In this document: positions 37,352-45,971 of the stretch, in pieces | Position numbering within the stretch: the first letter of the stretch is position 1 | Layout: each line of letters opens with the position of its first letter | Origin: Clostridiales bacterium | GTDB taxonomy: Bacteria > Bacillota > Clostridia > Lachnospirales > Lachnospiraceae | Assembly (NCBI GenBank): GCA_029012225.1 | Contig: JAQXLR010000024.1 | Coordinates: 1-58,979, forward strand | DNA: 58,979 nt | Direction of reading: 5' to 3' | The notes under the pieces: model-generated | What the model was told of the DNA's origin: nothing | What the model saw: the letters and a program-made list of their open reading frames with translations, nothing else | Database searches by the model: none | Position numbers and translations under genes: made by a program

Positions 37352-39233
37352 ATCAGTGATACTGGTGGGCGCAGGAGGCTGCATGCGGGAAATCGTATGG
37401 CAGATGCAAGAGCAAAACAAGCAGAATAAAGTGTGGAAAATAGAGGGATATGTCGATGAGAAAAGGCCTGCACATGACGAGGTGGTGTGGGTAGGCGGTG
37501 AGGAAATACCGTATCTTGGAGGCGATGAATTTTTGCTGGGGCAAAAAACAGAGACTTCTGTTGTAATCTGCGTGGGTGAGCCCACACTGAGAAAAAAAAT
37601 TGCAGAAAAATTGTCAAAAAATACAAAACTTTGTTTTCCGAATCTGATTCTGGGAAATACTGCAATTTGCACGGACGTTGAGATGGGGCAGGGCTGTATT
37701 ATCAGTATGGACGCCAGAATATCTACAAATGTAAAGATTGGAGATTTTGTTTTTGTAAATACGGGCAGTAAGATTTGTCATGATGGCCAGCTTGGAGATT
37801 TCGTTACCTTAAGCCCGGATGTGAAGCTTGCCGGAACTGTCAAGATAGGAGCAGAGTGTGAGCTTGGACTAGGAACAAAGGTCATTCAAGGTGTCTGCAT
37901 CGGCAAGGGTGTAACCACAGGCGCAGGAAGTGTTGTGATCAGCGATGTCGGAGAGGGCTGTACCGTGGTAGGAGTTCCTGCAAGAGAGAGAAAAAGAGGA
38001 AAAGAGGAAAAGAGGAAGGATAGGATGGGGCTGATACCATTATCAATACCAAATTTTGAGGGCAACGAAAGAAAATATGTGGATGATGCCTTAGAGCAGG
38101 GCTGGGTGTCTACGGGAGGAGTATACATTAGGAGGCTGGAGGAGCAGCTTGCAGATTTTGTGGGCGCAAAAAAGGTTGCTGCCTGTCAGAGTGGGACGGC
38201 GGCAATTCACCTGGCCTTGATAGCGTGTGGAGTGTGTCCGCAGGATATGGTCATTGTCCCAACGCTGACCTTTATTGCGGCAGTCAATCCTGTCAGATAT
38301 CAGTTTGCAGAACCTGTGTTTATGGATTGTGATGATAGTCTTTGCATGGATCCCATCAAGCTGAGGGCCTTTTGCGAAAAAGAATGCCGGATGGAGAACG
38401 GACAGTTGACGCACCTTGCAAGCGGAAAGAAAATAAAGGCGATTGTCGTGGTACATGTTTTTGGAAACTTGGCAGATATGGAGGCAATTCTGGATATCGC
38501 GGAGGAATTTCATCTGCGGGTAGTGGAGGATGCGACAGAGGCGCTTGGCACAAAATATACAAAGGGACGATATGCAGGCTGCTATGCCGGAACCATTGGA
38601 GATTTTGGCGCCTACTCATTTAATGGAAATAAGATTATTACGACAGGAGGCGGTGGAGCGGTTACGGGTCGTAACGAGGCGGAGGTTGCGCATATGGAGT
38701 ATCTGTCTACACAGGCAAAGGACGATGCGCAATTTTATATTCATAACGAAGTCGGCTTTAACTATCGCATGACAAATTTGCAGGCCGCCGTAGGTGTCGC
38801 TCAGATGGAAAAGCTGCCTGAGTTTATCAGAAGAAAGCAGCAAAACCATAGACTGTATCGAGAGCTGTTTGCAGATTTTGCTTTGGGGAGCATTTTGGAC
38901 TTTCGGGAAGGAACGGATTCGAATCGATGGTTTTATTCTCTGGAGATTTCCATGGATCAAATCAATGGTTCTTTGTGCGATGTGATTGAAGCGTTGCAGA
39001 ATCGGGGCGTGCAGACAAGAGCCGTCTGGGGGCTGATTCATGAGCAGCTTCCCTACCGTAATGCGCTGGCATATCAGATAGAGCGTGCGCGATATTATAG
39101 CAACTGCATTTTAAATATCCCATGCAGCACGCAGATTACGGAGGAGGAGATTCGTTATGCTTCCGTGCAGATACGTGAGGTTTTAGAGGAGATGAGCACA
39201 AAGGGCTGTCCTTTCGAACTTGCGACTATGTGA
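37344..39233 (+). CDS. In-frame fusion of a NeuD/PglD/LegH-like acetyltransferase and a LegC-like PLP aminotransferase (internal ATG at 38025)
   Basis: GAGG, hexapeptide repeats and GAGSVV...VVGVPAR, then IPLSIP, SGTAAIHLAL, VVEDATEALG, SFNGNKIITTGGGG. Confidence 0.85.
   Translation: MYKSVILVGAGGCMREIVWQMQEQNKQNKVWKIEGYVDEKRPAHDEVVWVGGEEIPYLGGDEFLLGQKTETSVVICVGEPTLRKKIAEKLSKNTKLCFPNLILGNTAICTDVEMGQGCIISMDARISTNVKIGDFVFVNTGSKICHDGQLGDFVTLSPDVKLAGTVKIGAECELGLGTKVIQGVCIGKGVTTGAGSVVISDVGEGCTVVGVPARERKRGKEEKRKDRMGLIPLSIPNFEGNERKYVDDALEQGWVSTGGVYIRRLEEQLADFVGAKKVAACQSGTAAIHLALIACGVCPQDMVIVPTLTFIAAVNPVRYQFAEPVFMDCDDSLCMDPIKLRAFCEKECRMENGQLTHLASGKKIKAIVVVHVFGNLADMEAILDIAEEFHLRVVEDATEALGTKYTKGRYAGCYAGTIGDFGAYSFNGNKIITTGGGGAVTGRNEAEVAHMEYLSTQAKDDAQFYIHNEVGFNYRMTNLQAAVGVAQMEKLPEFIRRKQQNHRLYRELFADFALGSILDFREGTDSNRWFYSLEISMDQINGSLCDVIEALQNRGVQTRAVWGLIHEQLPYRNALAYQIERARYYSNCILNIPCSTQITEEEIRYASVQIREVLEEMSTKGCPFELATM
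37992..38015 (+). repeat. 8-bp tandem repeat (AAAAGAGG)x3 in the fusion linker
   Basis: Three exact copies at 37992, 38000 and 38008. Confidence 0.9.
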
Positions 39234-39264
39234 TGACCGGATGGATATGGAAAGGACAAGAAAT

Positions 39265-39465
39265 ATGAAGCGAGAAAAGATTGCCTGCGGATGCAGGAAA
39301 ATTTCTTACGGAGTGATAGAGGATGCAGTAAGAGAAGGGGCAGAAAATGTTAAGGAGGTAAAAGAGGCGACCGGATGTGGCGGAAGCTGTGGAAAGTGTT
39401 TGGAGTTTATCGAATATCTTGTTGAGGACGTACAGCAGGAGATACAGGAGGAACGGAGTAAGTAG
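39265..39465 (+). CDS. BFD-like [2Fe-2S] protein
   Basis: IACGCRKIS...ATGCGGSCGKC. Confidence 0.85.
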   Translation: MKREKIACGCRKISYGVIEDAVREGAENVKEVKEATGCGGSCGKCLEFIEYLVEDVQQEIQEERSK

Positions 39466-39467
39466 CA

Positions 39468-40640
39468 TTGAAAAAAACAATGATCTATTTTAAGGGAATA
39501 TACGATACGTTGGATTTGTTTACAGAACAGCTAAAGGTGGCATTTGAGGCGATGGGCTTTCTGTCATTTGTATATGATGCAAGACTTGCTGATGCGGGAA
39601 AGGCGGCTCTCTTAGAGCAACTGGAGCAGCCGGGGAGGGAGTTTGTCTGTGTAACCTTTAACAATCTGGGCTATAATCTTGCCCTTCCTGACGGAAGAAA
39701 TATCTGGGATGCCTATGGCATCCCTTATCTTAATATTCTGATGGATCATCCATTCCATTTCGGAACACCGCTGAAAGGAGCGCCATCTACGGCATTTGTG
39801 CTTTGTACGGATTACAATCATGTAAAATACATCCGCCGCTTTCATAAAAATATTGCAAAGACCGATTTTTTGCCGCATGCGGGCGTAGAGCTTGGCAGCA
39901 GGCATAAGCCATTAAGGGAGAGAAGCATGGATGTGTTGTATGCCGGAGCGCTTCCCGTCTATACTGTGGATAAAATGATACCGGATTTAAATGCCATACC
40001 CGAGGTAAACGGACAGGAAATGATGCAGGAGGTCTTCGGAGAGCTGGTGCGTCACCCCGGAAAGACAACCGAGCAGGCGCTGGAGGAATATATCAGGAGT
40101 CAAAGAAATGACATATCGGATGAGCGGTTGCAAGAGCTGATTGTGCAGATGCGATTTTTGGATTCCTATGCAACCTCCTTTTTCCGTGAACAGGCAGTGC
40201 GGCTTCTTGTGGAAAGCGGGATTTCTGTAACCGCATATGGGGTGGGCTGGAATCAGTGTGCGTGGAGCGACAGTCCTTATCTGACGTATGGAGGAAAGGT
40301 GGCGGCGTCGGAAATTTTGCCCTTGATGAACGATGCCAAGCTTGTGCTCAATACGATGACATGGTTTAAGGCGGGGGCACACGATCGAATTTTTAACGGG
40401 ATGCTGGCAGGGGCTGCAGTGGTAACAGATGCTTCCTCTTATTTAAAGCGTGAGTTTGCGGATGGCAGGGAGCTTTTGATGTTTGAGCTGGATGATATCC
40501 GAACGTTACCGGAGCGTGTCTTTGATTTGTTTGGACACTTGGACAAAGCCCAGCAGATGGCAGATGAGGGGCATCGGGCGGCGAGGGAGCACCATACATG
40601 GAAAAGCCGTGCGGAATATATTGCAGAATGCTGGCTGTAG
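39468..40640 (+). CDS. CgeB/Glyco_trans_1_2-like glycosyltransferase
   Basis: MDHPFH, YGVGW, AKLVLN, HDRIFNGMLAGA, HTWKSRA; TTG start. Confidence 0.8.
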   Translation: MKKTMIYFKGIYDTLDLFTEQLKVAFEAMGFLSFVYDARLADAGKAALLEQLEQPGREFVCVTFNNLGYNLALPDGRNIWDAYGIPYLNILMDHPFHFGTPLKGAPSTAFVLCTDYNHVKYIRRFHKNIAKTDFLPHAGVELGSRHKPLRERSMDVLYAGALPVYTVDKMIPDLNAIPEVNGQEMMQEVFGELVRHPGKTTEQALEEYIRSQRNDISDERLQELIVQMRFLDSYATSFFREQAVRLLVESGISVTAYGVGWNQCAWSDSPYLTYGGKVAASEILPLMNDAKLVLNTMTWFKAGAHDRIFNGMLAGAAVVTDASSYLKREFADGRELLMFELDDIRTLPERVFDLFGHLDKAQQMADEGHRAAREHHTWKSRAEYIAECWL

Positions 40641-40670
40641 GAAAAGTAAGAGAGCAAAAGGAGAAAACAG

Positions 40671-41846
40671 ATGTACATATTGCTGTACCGGTGGCGAGCC
40701 TATAATTATAGGGATATTGAGGAAACCTTTAAGAGACTGGGGCATAGGGTAGATAACCTTGAGCAGGAGCTGGGAAGCTATGATGTCAGTCCTGAGTTTG
40801 AGCGGGTATTGGAGCAAAAAATCCGTGAGAACTGCTATGACTGGGTGTTTACCGTGAACTATTTTGCGATTATATCAAATGTATGTCAGCGGCTTGGGGT
40901 AAAATATGTCTCTTGGACCTGTGACAATCCGCTGATTAGTATGTACCATGAGTCTGTCTATAACAGCTGCAATTATATTTTTACCTTTGATCGGACGAAT
41001 TATCTGGAATTTTCACAGATGGGCGTGCAAAACATCTGGCATCTTCCGTTAGCGGTAGATACGGAGCGCATCGATGCCGTGCTTTCGCAGTCAACGGATA
41101 CGGGGATTTATCAGGGAGATGTTTCCTTTGTCGGAAGCTTATACGAACGCAATTCTTATGATAAGCTCAAAAATAAGCTCTCGGATTATCTGCGGGGGTA
41201 TTTTGACGCCGTGATGGAAGCGCAGTTAAATATCAGCGGAGCCAATATGGTAGAGCCGATGATGACAACAGATATTTTAGAGCAGCTGCAAAAATATTTT
41301 AAGCTCGAGAAGTCGGAGGGCTCGTTTTCGGATTTGGGGCTTATTTTTGAGACGACAGTACTCGGCTTTAAGATTGCGGAGGTGGAGCGTCGTCGGGCGT
41401 TGATTGAGCTGTCCAAATATTACAATGTAAATGTTTTCAGCAACAGCGATACAAGAGATTTGCTTCGTATACGCTACTGTGGGTCGGTCGATTACTGGAG
41501 CCAGATGCCAAAGGTGTTTCATGCATCGAAAATCAATCTTAATTTTACGATACCAAACATCAAAAGCGGAATTCCGCTGCGTGTATGGGATGTGCTCGGT
41601 GCACGCGGCTTTCTTCTGACAAACTATCAGGCGGAAATCCCTGCATATTTTCAGGAGGGGGAAGATTTGGTCTGCTTTGACGGCATTTCGGATTTGCGGG
41701 AAAAGATAAAATATTACCTTACAAACGAGGAGGAGCGGCTTAGGATTGCGGAGAATGGCTATCGAAAGGTAAAAGAGAAGCATTCTTATCTGCAAAGAAT
41801 ACAGCATATGATTGAAATTGTAGAGACAGAAAATCGGTCATCGTGA
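40671..41846 (+). CDS. DUF3880/CgeB-like glycosyltransferase
   Basis: FTVNYF, VSFVGSLY, FHASKINLN, RVWDVLGARGFLLTNYQ; paralog of 29239. Confidence 0.85.
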   Translation: MYILLYRWRAYNYRDIEETFKRLGHRVDNLEQELGSYDVSPEFERVLEQKIRENCYDWVFTVNYFAIISNVCQRLGVKYVSWTCDNPLISMYHESVYNSCNYIFTFDRTNYLEFSQMGVQNIWHLPLAVDTERIDAVLSQSTDTGIYQGDVSFVGSLYERNSYDKLKNKLSDYLRGYFDAVMEAQLNISGANMVEPMMTTDILEQLQKYFKLEKSEGSFSDLGLIFETTVLGFKIAEVERRRALIELSKYYNVNVFSNSDTRDLLRIRYCGSVDYWSQMPKVFHASKINLNFTIPNIKSGIPLRVWDVLGARGFLLTNYQAEIPAYFQEGEDLVCFDGISDLREKIKYYLTNEEERLRIAENGYRKVKEKHSYLQRIQHMIEIVETENRSS

Positions 41847-41864
41847 GAATCACAATGACCGATT
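41832..41864. terminator. Bidirectional terminator between convergent genes
   Basis: AATCGGTCAT(C)GTGA-GAA-TCAC(A)ATGACCGATT. Confidence 0.7.
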
Positions 41865-41867
41865 ATT

Positions 41868-43163
41868 TTAGCAATAGCAGTCTAACATCATGCCGGAATA
41901 GACCGAAAGAACATAAGGTGTGGCAAAGTTATGCCCCGGATTCTTGTATGCCACCATAATCTTGTTGACATAGGTCATGGGATCAATGGAGGCGTAGGCT
42001 GCCTTTGCGTTGAGTAAATCCTTGAATTTGTTTAAAGAGGCAAAGCAGTCCTTCGAATCGTCGGAGGAGATGGAGTCCGTCAAAAGATTGCGGTCGATCG
42101 AGAGATAACCCTCCTCGTCCAGCTGTAGACCCACAGCCTCCAGTTCGTTGTAATAAGTCTTTGCGGCATCTGCCATGTCACGGAACAGCCGATTGGAATT
42201 TTGTGCATCGGTGCTCTCGTGGCTAAGTCCGATGATACTGTTGTACACATCAACGAGTGACTGCACATTATCGGCAATCGCATCGGTATTCGTTTTAAAG
42301 CCAATTTCCGCCGGGATACCTGCAGCGCTTTCTTTCTTTAAGGTAAGCTCAAATGCGTTGTTAATTGTGAAGGTATTGGAAGATGCTGTGTGCTCCGTTC
42401 CGTTTAATAGGAAAGAAGAGCTTTTCGGCAATTCCTCCACATGACCGATTCCGAGAAGATCTATGGCCTTAATCGAGTGGGCGTCCGGAGAAGGAAGAAG
42501 CTCAAAAATGTAATCTCCGTCTTCCGGAGCACCGGTCTGCAAGGACAGAATGCGGATTGCATTTTGACCGGAATCATTGGAGACAAGCTCGGCAGTCAGA
42601 CCGATATGCGCTCCGTTAATCAGGCGGATAATTTTTTCCTGCGCCTGTAGATTTGTGGTTTTTCCGTCAATGCCAAACTGAAATTCGTAAGAGCCAAGGC
42701 CTGTATTCAGTTCAAAACCATAGCTTCCCGGCTTAAGGTCATAAGCAGCGGAATTTAGGTATGTGCCAAGGTTTACCTGGGGAGTCGCCAGTCGGTGCAC
42801 CTCCACCTGAAAGGGCAGCAGCTGCTCTGCGGCCGCAGAAGAACCGATATATTCTGCGCTGACGGCATCTTCGTCTGTCGACTGTGCAATTTTTTTGGAA
42901 AAAGCACTGTCAATTCCGCTGTCAGGCTCAGAAAGCGAGGCTATCATATTTTGAATAGAGCGCGTCTTTTCCTTGATGTCAATCGCAAATTTCTGAACGT
43001 CCTCGGAATATTTAATCTTATACAGAGGGGTTTCCTTATTTTTTTTGACAATATCATTATAGATGGCACGAAGCTGGCTCTTTTTATGTGTGTCGTAGCG
43101 TGATGCGGATGCTTTGCCGTAGGTGCTCAGATAGTACTGATAGGCACTGTGAATGGCGCCCAT
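41868..43163 (-). CDS. FliD-like flagellar capping protein (divergent)
   Basis: FliD-like segments (AQSTDEDAVSA, VHRLATPQVN, SSNTFTI, VQSLVDVYN, VGLQLDEEGYLSID); SD AAGGAGG before ATG 43163; own sigma28 promoter. Confidence 0.7.
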   Translation of the reverse strand: MGAIHSAYQYYLSTYGKASASRYDTHKKSQLRAIYNDIVKKNKETPLYKIKYSEDVQKFAIDIKEKTRSIQNMIASLSEPDSGIDSAFSKKIAQSTDEDAVSAEYIGSSAAAEQLLPFQVEVHRLATPQVNLGTYLNSAAYDLKPGSYGFELNTGLGSYEFQFGIDGKTTNLQAQEKIIRLINGAHIGLTAELVSNDSGQNAIRILSLQTGAPEDGDYIFELLPSPDAHSIKAIDLLGIGHVEELPKSSSFLLNGTEHTASSNTFTINNAFELTLKKESAAGIPAEIGFKTNTDAIADNVQSLVDVYNSIIGLSHESTDAQNSNRLFRDMADAAKTYYNELEAVGLQLDEEGYLSIDRNLLTDSISSDDSKDCFASLNKFKDLLNAKAAYASIDPMTYVNKIMVAYKNPGHNFATPYVLSVYSGMMLDCYC

Positions 43164-43272
43164 GAAATCCCCTCCTTTCCTCCGTGAAATCATATATGCA
43201 GACATTCCTGTGCTGTCTATATGTAGGGACAATCAAATCCATTTATAAATAGGTATAAAACTTTTAAGCTTT

Positions 43273-43299
43273 ATATCGGCATATTTATAAAAATATTTA
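43273..43299 (-). promoter_or_regulatory. sigma28 promoter (minus strand)
   Basis: Reverse complement reads TAAA-N15-GCCGATAT. Confidence 0.8.
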
Positions 43300-43371
43300 T
43301 AGGAAAAAGGAAATTTTTAGAAAACAGGAGAAAGAATTTCTTATATAGGAAAGAGGGGATTGAAAAAAGAG

Positions 43372-43400
43372 TTGACGGAAAATGCGGATTGTGATATATT
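43372..43400 (+). promoter_or_regulatory. sigmaA promoter for rpmG-secE-nusG
   Basis: TTGACG-N17-TATATT with TG extended -10. Confidence 0.7.
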
Positions 43401-43486
43401 AAATTGGCGATGGAAGTAGGTCTTTTTTTTATGCCTTTTTTTAGGCAAGGAGAAAAGCACAAAGAAATTTAATGGAGGTGGAAGTT

Positions 43487-43636
43487 GTGCGCACAAAAAT
43501 AACATTGGCATGTACGGAGTGCAAGAATCGTAACTACAATATGACAAAAGACAAAAAAGCTCATCCGGACAGAATGGAAACGAAAAAGTACTGTAGATTC
43601 TGTAAGACTCATACACTACACAAAGAAACCAAGTAG
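43487..43636 (+). CDS. rpmG: 50S ribosomal protein L33 (Zn-ribbon form; absent from the ORF track)
   Basis: Manual translation from GTG gives [49 protein letters not shown]; SD GGAGGTG. Confidence 0.96.
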   Translation: MRTKITLACTECKNRNYNMTKDKKAHPDRMETKKYCRFCKTHTLHKETK

Positions 43637-43660
43637 GATTCAAAGCAAAGGAGTGAGAAG

Positions 43661-43870
43661 ATGGGAGAAACCGAAAACAAAGCTCCGAAGCAGAGCTGGT
43701 TTAGCGGCCTTTCGGCAGAATTTAAAAAAATTATCTGGCCGGACAAAAAATCACTTATCAGACAGACGACTGCCGTGATTGCAGTTTCTGTGGTAATGGG
43801 ACTTGCAATTGCGCTGATGGATTTTATCATTCAGTATGGCGTAGATTTCTTGGTTGGCGTAAGTTTTTGA
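43661..43870 (+). CDS. secE: Preprotein translocase SecE
   Basis: AEFKKIIWP motif plus one TM helix; between rpmG and nusG. Confidence 0.95.
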   Translation: MGETENKAPKQSWFSGLSAEFKKIIWPDKKSLIRQTTAVIAVSVVMGLAIALMDFIIQYGVDFLVGVSF

Positions 43871-43887
43871 TGGAGGCAAAGTGATTT

Positions 43888-44403
43888 ATGGCAGAAGCGC
43901 ACTGGTATGTGGTTCATACCTATTCAGGATACGAGAATAAGGTAAAAGCGAACATTGACAAAACGATTGAAAACCGGCATCTGGAGGATGAGATTTTGGA
44001 GGTTCGTGTTCCGATGCAGGAAGTGGTTGAGATGAAAAACGGCGCAAAGAAATCCGTATCAAAGAAGATGTTTCCGGGATATGTGCTTATTCATATGATT
44101 ATGAATGACGATACATGGTATGTGGTCAGAAATACCCGCGGTGTTACCGGATTCGTCGGACCGGGAAGTAAGCCGGTGCCACTTACCGAGGCGGAGATGA
44201 GACCGTTGGGAATCAAGACAGAGAGCGTTGAGGTGGGCTTTGGCGAGGGTGATACAATCGTGGTAACTGCGGGCGTGTGGAAGGATACCGTCGGAGTGAT
44301 TCAGTCCATAAATCATGGAAAACAGAGCGTCACCATCAATGTGGAATTTTTTGGTCGCGAAACACCGGTAGAAATAAGTTTCGCAGAAATAAGGCTTTTG
44401 TAG
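43888..44403 (+). CDS. nusG: Transcription factor NusG
   Basis: WYVVHTYSGYENKV, FPGYVL, VRNTRGVTGFVG, FGRETPVE. Confidence 0.97.
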   Translation: MAEAHWYVVHTYSGYENKVKANIDKTIENRHLEDEILEVRVPMQEVVEMKNGAKKSVSKKMFPGYVLIHMIMNDDTWYVVRNTRGVTGFVGPGSKPVPLTEAEMRPLGIKTESVEVGFGEGDTIVVTAGVWKDTVGVIQSINHGKQSVTINVEFFGRETPVEISFAEIRLL

Positions 44404-44439
44404 TATAGTGAGCTTGGATAATGAAGGAGGCAATTCCAA

Positions 44440-44865
44440 ATGGCAAAGAAAGTAGAAGGATATATCAAATTACAGATTCCTGCTGGCAAGGCAACACCGG
44501 CTCCGCCGGTTGGACCTGCTCTTGGACAGCATGGTGTGAACATTGTAGAGTTTACAAAGCAGTTTAATGCAAGAACTGCAGACCAGGGAGACTTAATTAT
44601 TCCTGTTGTCATTACCGTGTACGCAGATAGGAGTTTTAGCTTTATCACAAAGACTCCGCCGGCACCGGTATTGATTAAGAAGGCATGCAACATCAAGTCC
44701 GGCTCGGCAGTGCCGAACAAGGATAAGGTGGCAGTGCTCTCAAAGGCAAAGCTGCAGGAGATTGCAGAGCTGAAAATGCCTGACTTAAATGCTGCATCCT
44801 TAGAGGCGGCAATGAGCATGATTGCGGGAACGGCAAGAAGCATGGGCGTAACCATAGAGGAGTAA
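44440..44865 (+). CDS. rplK: 50S ribosomal protein L11
   Basis: [23 protein letters not shown]. Confidence 0.98.
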   Translation: MAKKVEGYIKLQIPAGKATPAPPVGPALGQHGVNIVEFTKQFNARTADQGDLIIPVVITVYADRSFSFITKTPPAPVLIKKACNIKSGSAVPNKDKVAVLSKAKLQEIAELKMPDLNAASLEAAMSMIAGTARSMGVTIEE

Positions 44866-44948
44866 TCGCCTCGCCATAAATCATGTTGAGGCGTTCGAGG
44901 GATGCAAGCACGGCATTCTTCCCGGTGATAAGAAATTGATGCAATGAA

Positions 44949-44977
44949 GTGGGAGGGTCCTCTCCCGATACTACCAC
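44949..44977 (+). promoter_or_regulatory. Putative L1-binding autoregulatory RNA upstream of rplA
   Basis: GTGGGAG...ACCAC helix immediately before the SD AAGGAGG, as in Firmicute rplA leaders. Confidence 0.55.
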
Positions 44978-44993
44978 AAGGAGGTTTATTAAA

Positions 44994-45689
44994 ATGAAAA
45001 GAGGAAAGAAATATCAGGACGCTGTGAAAGGCTTTGACAAGACCGCTCAGTATGATGTGGCTGAGGCAATCGGTCTGGTTAAGAAAAACGCAACAGCAAA
45101 ATTTGATGAGACAATCGAACTTCATGTCAGAACAGGTTGTGATGGTCGTCACGCAGAGCAGCAGATTCGTGGAGCAGTTGTACTGCCGCACGGAACAGGT
45201 AAGGCAGTAAAGGTTTTGGTATTTGCAAAGGGAACCAAGTTAGACGAGGCACAGGCAGCAGGAGCAGATTTCGTTGGCGGAGAGGAATTGATTCCAAAGA
45301 TTCAGAACGAAGGATGGCTTGATTTTGACGTTGTAGTTGCCACTCCGGATATGATGGGTGTTGTAGGTCGTCTGGGACGTGTACTTGGACCAAAGGGCTT
45401 GATGCCAAACCCGAAGGCGGGAACGGTTACCATGGATGTGACAAAAGCAGTCAACGACATCAAAGCCGGTAAGATTGAGTATAGATTGGACAAAACAAAC
45501 ATTATCCATGTGCCAGTGGGAAAAGCTTCTTTTACAGAAGAACAATTAAGCGACAACTTCCAGACCCTTATGGGTGCGATCAACAAGGCGAAACCTTCAA
45601 GCTTAAAGGGCCAGTATATCAGAAGTGTAACTCTTACTTCTACAATGGGACCGGGTGTAAAGCTCAATGTTTCAAAGCTGGTAAACTAG
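44994..45689 (+). CDS. rplA: 50S ribosomal protein L1
   Basis: [36 protein letters not shown]; ATG 44994 after the SD. Confidence 0.98.
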   Translation: MKRGKKYQDAVKGFDKTAQYDVAEAIGLVKKNATAKFDETIELHVRTGCDGRHAEQQIRGAVVLPHGTGKAVKVLVFAKGTKLDEAQAAGADFVGGEELIPKIQNEGWLDFDVVVATPDMMGVVGRLGRVLGPKGLMPNPKAGTVTMDVTKAVNDIKAGKIEYRLDKTNIIHVPVGKASFTEEQLSDNFQTLMGAINKAKPSSLKGQYIRSVTLTSTMGPGVKLNVSKLVN

Positions 45690-45722
45690 CAATAGAGTAT
45701 TTTGCTTGTGGGCAGATTTTTG

Positions 45723-45751
45723 TTGACAGCCGCAATATACAATGTTATAAT
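45723..45751 (+). promoter_or_regulatory. Consensus sigmaA promoter for rplJL
   Basis: TTGACA-N17-TATAAT with TG extension. Confidence 0.85.
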
Positions 45752-45769
45752 GCATAAGCGTTATAATTA

Positions 45770-45893
45770 TATGCCGAAGACAGCAGGTGCCGTATGGCGT
45801 AACTGAAAAGACCTGCCGAGGAAATCTTTCAGATGACATTCATCTTGAGAATGATTTGACATGCCTCTCTGTTTTCGGACAGAGAGGCTTTTG
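45770..45893 (+). ncRNA. L10 leader (cis-regulatory RNA with terminator)
   Basis: CCGAAGACAGCAGG...CCTGCCGAGG core, then terminator GCCTCTCTGT-TTTCGG-ACAGAGAGGC-TTTT upstream of rplJ. Confidence 0.85.
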
Positions 45894-45971
45894 TATGTAA
45901 AAGCGTAAAGCTTTCTGATGAAGTTTCGGCTATATTTATGAAAGAAAAATAAAAAAGGAGGGATACGATTC

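Noticed and set aside
14432-41846. Island as an autonomous mobile element
   Set aside because: No integrase, transposase, relaxase or clear att sites were found. Variation more likely arises by homologous exchange.
43401-43486. tRNA or other RNA gene upstream of rpmG/secE
   Set aside because: No cloverleaf or T-loop GTTCRA motif is visible; only T-rich leader sequence.
44313-45191. 292 aa minus-strand ORF and other long antisense ORFs (e.g. 32643-33329, 46433-47026)
   Set aside because: They are shadows of well-supported plus-strand genes with biased codon use and show no recognisable motifs.
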